Shown: one piece after another, positions 28,595-34,201 of the stretch
Position numbering within the stretch: the stretch's first letter is position 1
How the letters are laid out: each line of letters opens with the position of its first letter
Source: a virus
Taxonomy: Duplodnaviria; Heunggongvirae; Uroviricota; Caudoviricetes
Length of the DNA: 34,201 nucleotides
Reading direction: 5' to 3' (one strand)
IMG/VR virus record: IMGVR_UViG_2563366973_000012
Location: 1 to 34,201 of that record
The notes under the pieces: generated by a model
Told to the model about the DNA's origin: nothing
The model's database searches: none
What the model saw: the letters and a program-made list of their open reading frames with translations, nothing else
Translations under genes and position numbers: made by a program

Positions 28595-28870
28595 ATGAAC
28601 AAAGAAAATGTCATTACCCTGGAAAATCCGGTCAAGCGTGGTGAGCAGGTCATCGAACAGGTCACGCTGATGAAACCCAATGCCGGGACGCTGCGCGGTG
28701 TCAGTCTGGCAGCGGTCGCAAACTCCGAAGTTGATGCACTAATTAAGGTGTTGCCGCGCATGACGGCACCGATGCTGACCGAGCAGGAAGTCGCCGCGCT
28801 GGAACTGCCTGACCTTGTGGCGCTGGCCGGTAAGGTGGTCGGTTTTTTGTCGCCGAACTCGGTGCAGTGA
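28595..28870 (+). CDS. E: Tail assembly chaperone gpE (91 aa)
   Basis: Small ORF between FII and T, ending just after a TTTTTTG slippery heptamer. Confidence 0.8.
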   Translation: MNKENVITLENPVKRGEQVIEQVTLMKPNAGTLRGVSLAAVANSEVDALIKVLPRMTAPMLTEQEVAALELPDLVALAGKVVGFLSPNSVQ

Positions 28871-29022
28871 CGTTCCCGAAAAATCTCTCGGTCGATGACC
28901 TGATGGCGGATGTGGCAGTGATATTTCACTGGCCGCCATCAGAACTGTATCCCATGAGCCTGACCGAACTCATCACATGGCGCGAAAAGGCGCTCCGGCG
29001 AAGCGGAAACACGAATGAGTAA
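28595..29022 (+). CDS. E': gpE+E' fusion produced by programmed -1 frameshift at T TTT TTG (28843-28849)
   Basis: The slippery heptamer is in the correct phase in the E frame; the -1 frame is open from 28849 to a TAA at 29020-29022 and overlaps the T start at 29015. Confidence 0.6.
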
Positions 29023-31462
29023 CAATGTAAAATTACAGGTATTGCTCAGGGCTGTTGACCAGGCATCCCGCCCGTTTAAATCCATCCGTACAGCGAGCAA
29101 ATCGCTGTCGGGGGATATCCGGGAAACACAAAAATCACTGCGCGAGCTGAACGGTCAGGCATCCCGTATTGAGGGATTTCGCAAGACCAGCGCACAGCTT
29201 GCCGTGACTGGTCATGCACTTGAAAAGGCTCGGCAGGAAGCCGAAGCCCTTGCCACACAGTTTAAAAACACCGAACGTCCGACCCGTGCTCAGGCGAAAG
29301 TGCTGGAATCCGCAAAGCGTGCGGCGGAGGACTTACAGGCGAAATATAACCGCCTGACGGATTCCGTTAAACGCCAGCAGCGGGAACTGGCCGCTGTGGG
29401 AATTAATACCCGCAATCTTGCACATGATGAGCAGGGACTGAAAAACCGTATCAGTGAAACCACCGCACAACTTAACCGTCAGCGCGACGCGCTGGCGCGT
29501 GTCAGTGCGCAACAGGCAAAACTTAACGCAGTAAAACAGCGTTATCAGGCCGGAAAGGAACTGGCCGGAAATATGGCCTCAGTAGGCGCTGCCGGTGTGG
29601 GGATTGCGGCGGCGGGAACGATGGCCGGAGTTAAGTTGCTGATGCCCGGTTATGAGTTTGCGCAGAAAAACTCAGAATTGCAGGCTGTGCTCGGTGTGGC
29701 AAAAGACTCCGCCGAAATGGCTGCACTACGCAAGCAGGCGCGCCAGCTCGGCGACAACACCGCCGCCTCAGCGGATGATGCAGCCGGTGCGCAGATTATC
29801 ATTGCGAAAGCCGGTGGAGATGCTGCGGCTATTCAGGCGGCAACGCCGGTCACGCTGAATATGGCACTGGCGAATCAGCGGTCGATGGAAGAAAACGCGC
29901 AACTGTTGCTGGGGACTAAGGCATCCTTTCAACTGTCAAATGATGATGTCAGCCATGTGGGCGACGTGTTGTCGGCAACGATGAATAAGTCGGCGGCTGA
30001 TTTTCAGGGACTCAGTGATGCACTGACTTACCTCGGTCCGGTTGCTAGGACGGCAGGTGTAAGTCTTGAACAGGCAGCGGCCATGACAGGTGTGCTGCAT
30101 GACAATAACATCAGGGGGTCAATGGCGGGGACGGGGAGCAGTGCCGTTGTCACCCGATTACAGGCACCGACTGGAAAAGCATGGGATGCACTCAAAGAGC
30201 TTGGCGTTAAAACCTCGGACAAAAAGGGAAATATGCGTCCGTTGTTCACCATTCTGAAAGAGATTCAGGCCAGCTTTGATAAACACAAGCTGGGAACGTC
30301 TCAGAAGGGGGAATACCTTAAAACCATTTTTGGTGAGGAAGCCCTGAAATCAGCGAACGTTTTACTGGCAGCGGCAGCAAGCGGAAAACTGGATAAGCTG
30401 ACCGCCACGCTGAAAGCCTCGGACGGTAAAACGGAAGAGCTGGTTAAAATCATGCAGGATAACCTCGGCGGTGACTTTAAGGAGTTTCAGTCTGCTTATG
30501 AGGCGGTGGGGACTGACCTGTTTGACCAGCAGGAAGGCGCACTGCGTAAGCTCACTCAGACGGCCACAAAGTATGTGTTAAAACTCGACGGCTGGATCCA
30601 GAAAAACAAATCACTGGCGTCAACCATCGGCCTCATTGTCGGTGGCGCGCTGGCGCTGATTGGCATCATCGGTGCAATTGGTCTTGTAGCCTGGCCGGTT
30701 ATCACCGGCATCAATGCCATCATCGCGGCAGCAGGCGCAATGGGGGCAATCTTCACGACGGTTGGCAGTGCTGTTATGACCGCCATCGGGGCTATTAGCT
30801 GGCCGGTTGTGGCTGTGGTGGCTGCCATTGTCGCCGGGGCGTTGCTTATCCGTAAATACTGGGAGCCTGTCAGCGCATTCTTTGGTGGTGTGGTTGAAGG
30901 GCTGAAAGCAGCATTTGCGCCGGTGGGGGAGCTGTTCTCGCCACTGAAACCGGTGTTTGACTGGCTGGGCGAAAAGTTACAGGCCGCGTGGCAGTGGTTT
31001 AAAAACCTGATTGCCCCGGTCAAAGCCACTCAGGACACCCTGAACCGTTGCCGTGATACTGGCGTCATGTTCGGGCAGGCACTGGCTGACACGCTGATAC
31101 TGCCGCTTAATGCGTTCAACAAACTGCGCAGCGGTATTGACTGGGTACTGGAAAAACTCGGCGTCATCAACAAAGAGTCTGACGCACTTGACCAGACTGC
31201 CGCCAGAACTCATGCCGCCACGTATGGCACAGGTGGTTATATTCCGGCGAGCAGCTCTTATGCAGGCTATCAGGCTTACCAGCCGGTCACGGCACCGGCT
31301 GGTCGCTCTTATGTGGACCAGAGTAAAAACGAATATCACATCAACCTGACGGGCGGTACTGCGCCGGGGACACAGCTTGACCGCCAGTTACAGGATGCGC
31401 TCGAAAAATACGAGCGGGATAAACGTGCGCGCGCCCGTGCCAGCATGATGCATGACGGTTAA
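29015..31462 (+). CDS. T: Tail tape measure protein gpT (815 aa)
   Basis: Long helical protein with a hydrophobic glycine/alanine-rich central segment; length and position match P2 T. Confidence 0.9.
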   Translation: MSNNVKLQVLLRAVDQASRPFKSIRTASKSLSGDIRETQKSLRELNGQASRIEGFRKTSAQLAVTGHALEKARQEAEALATQFKNTERPTRAQAKVLESAKRAAEDLQAKYNRLTDSVKRQQRELAAVGINTRNLAHDEQGLKNRISETTAQLNRQRDALARVSAQQAKLNAVKQRYQAGKELAGNMASVGAAGVGIAAAGTMAGVKLLMPGYEFAQKNSELQAVLGVAKDSAEMAALRKQARQLGDNTAASADDAAGAQIIIAKAGGDAAAIQAATPVTLNMALANQRSMEENAQLLLGTKASFQLSNDDVSHVGDVLSATMNKSAADFQGLSDALTYLGPVARTAGVSLEQAAAMTGVLHDNNIRGSMAGTGSSAVVTRLQAPTGKAWDALKELGVKTSDKKGNMRPLFTILKEIQASFDKHKLGTSQKGEYLKTIFGEEALKSANVLLAAAASGKLDKLTATLKASDGKTEELVKIMQDNLGGDFKEFQSAYEAVGTDLFDQQEGALRKLTQTATKYVLKLDGWIQKNKSLASTIGLIVGGALALIGIIGAIGLVAWPVITGINAIIAAAGAMGAIFTTVGSAVMTAIGAISWPVVAVVAAIVAGALLIRKYWEPVSAFFGGVVEGLKAAFAPVGELFSPLKPVFDWLGEKLQAAWQWFKNLIAPVKATQDTLNRCRDTGVMFGQALADTLILPLNAFNKLRSGIDWVLEKLGVINKESDALDQTAARTHAATYGTGGYIPASSSYAGYQAYQPVTAPAGRSYVDQSKNEYHINLTGGTAPGTQLDRQLQDALEKYERDKRARARASMMHDG

Positions 31463-31476
31463 GGAGGTAACGAAAA

Positions 31477-31956
31477 ATGATGCTCGCGTTAGGTATGTTT
31501 GTTTTTATGCGCCAGACGCTGCCACACCAGACCATGCAGCGTGAATCAGATTATCGCTGGCCGTCAAATTCCCGTATCGGCAAACGGGATGCCTTTCAGT
31601 TTCTCGGTGCGGGTGAGGAAAACATCACGCTTGCCGGTGTGCTTTATCCTGAACTGACCGGCGGAAAGCTGACGATGACCACGCTCAGACTGATGGCAGA
31701 GGAAGGCCGGGCGTGGCCGTTGCTGGATGGCACCGGCATGATTTACGGCATGTATGTCATCAGCAAGGTGAGTGAAACAGGGAGTATTTTCTTTGCAGAC
31801 GGCACACCCCGGAAAATTGATTTTACGCTGTCGCTCACCCGCGTTGATGAATCACTGGCCGCGCTTTATGGCGATATCGGTAAACAGGCGGAATCGCTCA
31901 TCGGTAAGGCTGGCAGTATGGCGACTAAATTCACGGGTATGACGGGGGCGGGATAA
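31477..31956 (+). CDS. U: Tail protein gpU (159 aa)
   Basis: Length and position match P2 U. Confidence 0.85.
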   Translation: MMLALGMFVFMRQTLPHQTMQRESDYRWPSNSRIGKRDAFQFLGAGEENITLAGVLYPELTGGKLTMTTLRLMAEEGRAWPLLDGTGMIYGMYVISKVSETGSIFFADGTPRKIDFTLSLTRVDESLAALYGDIGKQAESLIGKAGSMATKFTGMTGAG

Positions 31957-33119
31957 TGCTGGATGCACTGACATTTGATGCAGGCAGTACGCTGACGCCG
32001 GATTACATGCTGATGCTCGACAGCAGGGATATTACCGGCAATATCAGCGACCGTCTGATGAGCATGACCCTGACGGATAACCGGGGCTTTGAGGCTGACC
32101 AGCTTGATATTGAACTGAACGATGCCGACGGGCAGGTCGGACTACCGATTCGTGGCGCTGTCCTGACGGTGTATATCGGCTGGAAAGGTTTTGCCCTGGT
32201 ATGCAAAGGGAAATTTACCGTTGATGAGGTTGAACACCGGGGCGCACCGGATGTGGTCACCATCCGCGCCCGGAGTGCAGATTTTCGCGGGACGCTCAAT
32301 TCCCGCCGTGAAGGCTCATGGCATGACACCACGCTCGGTGCGATTGTTGAGGCGATAGCCTCCCGTAACAGGCTGGAAGCCAGTGTCGCTCCGTCACTGG
32401 CCGGAATTAAAATCCCGCACATCGACCAGTCGCAGGAGTCTGATGCGAAATTTCTGACCCGTCTTGCAGAACGCAACGGCGGTGAGGTGTCGGTAAAAAT
32501 GGGAAAACTGCTGTTTCTCAAAGCGGGGCAGGGGGTGACGGCCAGCGGTAAAAAAATCCCGCAGGTCACCATCACCCGCAGCGACGGTGACCGCCATCAT
32601 TTTGCGATTGCTGACCGTGGAGCCTACACCGGCGTAACGGCAAAGTGGTTACACACCAAAGACCCGAAGCCGCAAAAGCAGAAGGTAAAACTGAAACGCA
32701 AAAAGAAAGAGAAACACCTGCGCGCACTGGAGCACCCGAAAGCGAAACCGGTCACGCAGAAGAAAGCGCCAAAAGTACCGGAAGCGCGCGAAGGTGAATA
32801 CATGGCAGGTGAGGCTGACAATGTTTTTGCCCTGACCACGGTATATGCCACGAAAGCGCAGGCCATGCGCGCCGCTCAGGCGAAGTGGGATAAACTGCAA
32901 CGGGGCGTTGCGGAGTTCTCCATCAGCCTGGCTACCGGTCGGGCTGATATTTACACGGAAACACCGGTTAAAGTGTCAGGCTTTAAGCGCGTCATAGACG
33001 AGCAGGACTGGACAATCACTAAGGTGACACATTTTCTGAATAATAGCGGCTTCACGACGTCCTTAGAGCTTGAGGTCAGGCTTTCTGATGTGGAGTACGA
33101 AACAGAAGATGATGAGTGA
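31956..33119 (+). CDS. D: Tail protein gpD (387 aa)
   Basis: Length and position match P2 D; start overlaps the U stop. Confidence 0.85.
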   Translation: MLDALTFDAGSTLTPDYMLMLDSRDITGNISDRLMSMTLTDNRGFEADQLDIELNDADGQVGLPIRGAVLTVYIGWKGFALVCKGKFTVDEVEHRGAPDVVTIRARSADFRGTLNSRREGSWHDTTLGAIVEAIASRNRLEASVAPSLAGIKIPHIDQSQESDAKFLTRLAERNGGEVSVKMGKLLFLKAGQGVTASGKKIPQVTITRSDGDRHHFAIADRGAYTGVTAKWLHTKDPKPQKQKVKLKRKKKEKHLRALEHPKAKPVTQKKAPKVPEAREGEYMAGEADNVFALTTVYATKAQAMRAAQAKWDKLQRGVAEFSISLATGRADIYTETPVKVSGFKRVIDEQDWTITKVTHFLNNSGFTTSLELEVRLSDVEYETEDDE

Positions 33120-33200
33120 TGTTTTTATTTTATCTGTTTGTTTTATAAGGATAAATTAACTAAAATGGCACCATCAACAAAACCGGAAGAGGTGCTCGCG

Positions 33201-33419
33201 ATGTTTCATTGTCCTTTATGCCAGCATGCCGCACATGCGCGTACAAGCCGCTATATCACTGACACGACAAAAGAGCGTTATCACCAGTGTCAGAACGTGA
33301 ATTGCAGCGCCACGTTCATCACTTATGAGTCGGTACAGCGATACATCGTGAAGCCGGGAGAAGTCCACGCCGTGAGGCCGCACCCGTTGCCGTCAGGGCA
33401 GCAAATTATGTGGATGTAA
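33201..33419 (+). CDS. ogr: Late transcription activator Ogr (72 aa zinc-finger protein)
   Basis: Start at MFHCPLCQHAAHARTSRY (the recalled P2 Ogr N-terminus) with RBS GGAAGAGG upstream; C-x2-C-x22-C-x4-C zinc-finger spacing. The ORF-track start at 33138 is an unsupported extension. Confidence 0.85.
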   Translation: MFHCPLCQHAAHARTSRYITDTTKERYHQCQNVNCSATFITYESVQRYIVKPGEVHAVRPHPLPSGQQIMWM

Positions 33420-33423
33420 TTAC

Positions 33424-33460
33424 AAACAGAAAGCCCCTCAGTCGAGGGGCTTTCTGTTTT
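33424..33460. terminator. Bidirectional rho-independent terminator after ogr
   Basis: Perfect 16-bp stem AAACAGAAAGCCCCTC / GAGGGGCTTTCTGTTT with loop AGTC, followed by a T run and preceded by an A-rich stretch. Confidence 0.7.
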
Positions 33461-33559
33461 GGGGAATATTCTTCATTAAAAGTAGTGGATCACGTTTAAT
33501 AAACTATGTTTATCATATACTTAAAAGTAACTTTTTAAAGTTGGACAGGTTGGTGGAAA

Positions 33560-34201
33560 ATGGAAAAAGTTATAATTGAGCTTGATAATCGTTGGGAGTT
33601 AGCTGATTTCGCGGTCTTAACGAAAGAGTATTTGCAGCTATATGGTTTTTTTTATGGCCTAAAAGGAGGATCAAGAGGATATTCAACAATGCCTTGGGAG
33701 GGTGGGCACAGTGTAGTGAACTTTTTTAGAGGGGCTTACAGTGCGACTCCACCAGATTTACGTCCTGTAGTGAAAAAAATTCAGTATGCCTCTCCTGGCT
33801 TTATTGAATTGTCTGCTCTTATTGATATCTCTTGGCAGATTGCTGAGTTAGTTACTGCTGTTGGTGGAAGTATTCTGGCTGCCAACAAAGTTTACGATCA
33901 GGTGATGCGTACATATCGACAAAGAGAATGGGCAAAGTTGAAATCAGAGAAGCTGCGTATACAGAATCAAATTAAAGAGATTGAACTTGTTTCTGACGCA
34001 GTTAAATCACTTGAATCTGTGATGGCACTTAGTGAAGAACAACGTAAAAACTTGGTTCAACTATCGGGGGCAGATGAACTGGTTCAGTTAAAGATACTTT
34101 TGGCTGTTTACCGACGGTTATCTCCTCTTGTTGAGTTGCAAAACAGCGGGAAAGCTAATTTTTCTGCAGGGAAAAATAAAAATTTAAAAGCGTCCGATTA
34201 A
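33560..34201 (+). CDS. Hypothetical protein (213 aa), AT-rich, beyond the prophage right end; unknown function
   Basis: Complete ORF ending at the window edge; the helical, K/E-rich C-terminal half is suggestive of coiled coil. Not part of the P2 backbone. Confidence 0.45.
   Translation: MEKVIIELDNRWELADFAVLTKEYLQLYGFFYGLKGGSRGYSTMPWEGGHSVVNFFRGAYSATPPDLRPVVKKIQYASPGFIELSALIDISWQIAELVTAVGGSILAANKVYDQVMRTYRQREWAKLKSEKLRIQNQIKEIELVSDAVKSLESVMALSEEQRKNLVQLSGADELVQLKILLAVYRRLSPLVELQNSGKANFSAGKNKNLKASD

Noticed and set aside
1-34201. CRISPR arrays, tRNA or rRNA genes
   Set aside because: No regularly spaced direct repeats and no tRNA-like or rRNA-like sequence were seen. attL and any tRNA integration target would lie outside the window to the left.

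Overview
This window is an almost complete P2-like (Peduovirus) prophage of an enterobacterial host, read from the integrase stop codon at position 1 to just past ogr. Gene order and most protein sequences match what I recall of coliphage P2; no search was run. The order is int, C, cox, B, orf80-83, A, then cos, Q and P on the minus strand, then O-N-M-L-X-Y-K-lysA-lysB-lysC-R-S-V-W-J-I-H-G, FI-FII-E/E'-T-U-D-ogr. attL lies outside the window to the left; attR should sit between ogr and the last ORF. The backbone is visibly GC-rich. Two AT-rich cargo insertions occupy the two classic P2 variable hotspots. Between A and cos, where P2 carries tin/old, there is a 609-aa protein of unknown family whose 3' end abuts an IS21-family element (istA/istB). 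Between G and FI, where P2 carries Z/fun, there is a 175-aa protein of unknown family. Both cargo proteins carry an R-x4-H motif, which is compatible with a HEPN-type RNase but is weak evidence on its own. These two genes are the best candidates for undescribed anti-phage or abortive-infection functions. Other features include a P2 C-type repressor with a different operator set (18-bp perfect palindrome), a -1 frameshift site for E/E', an embedded lysC lipoprotein, an elongated tail fiber H with three internal repeats, and an AT-rich 213-aa ORF beyond the prophage end.
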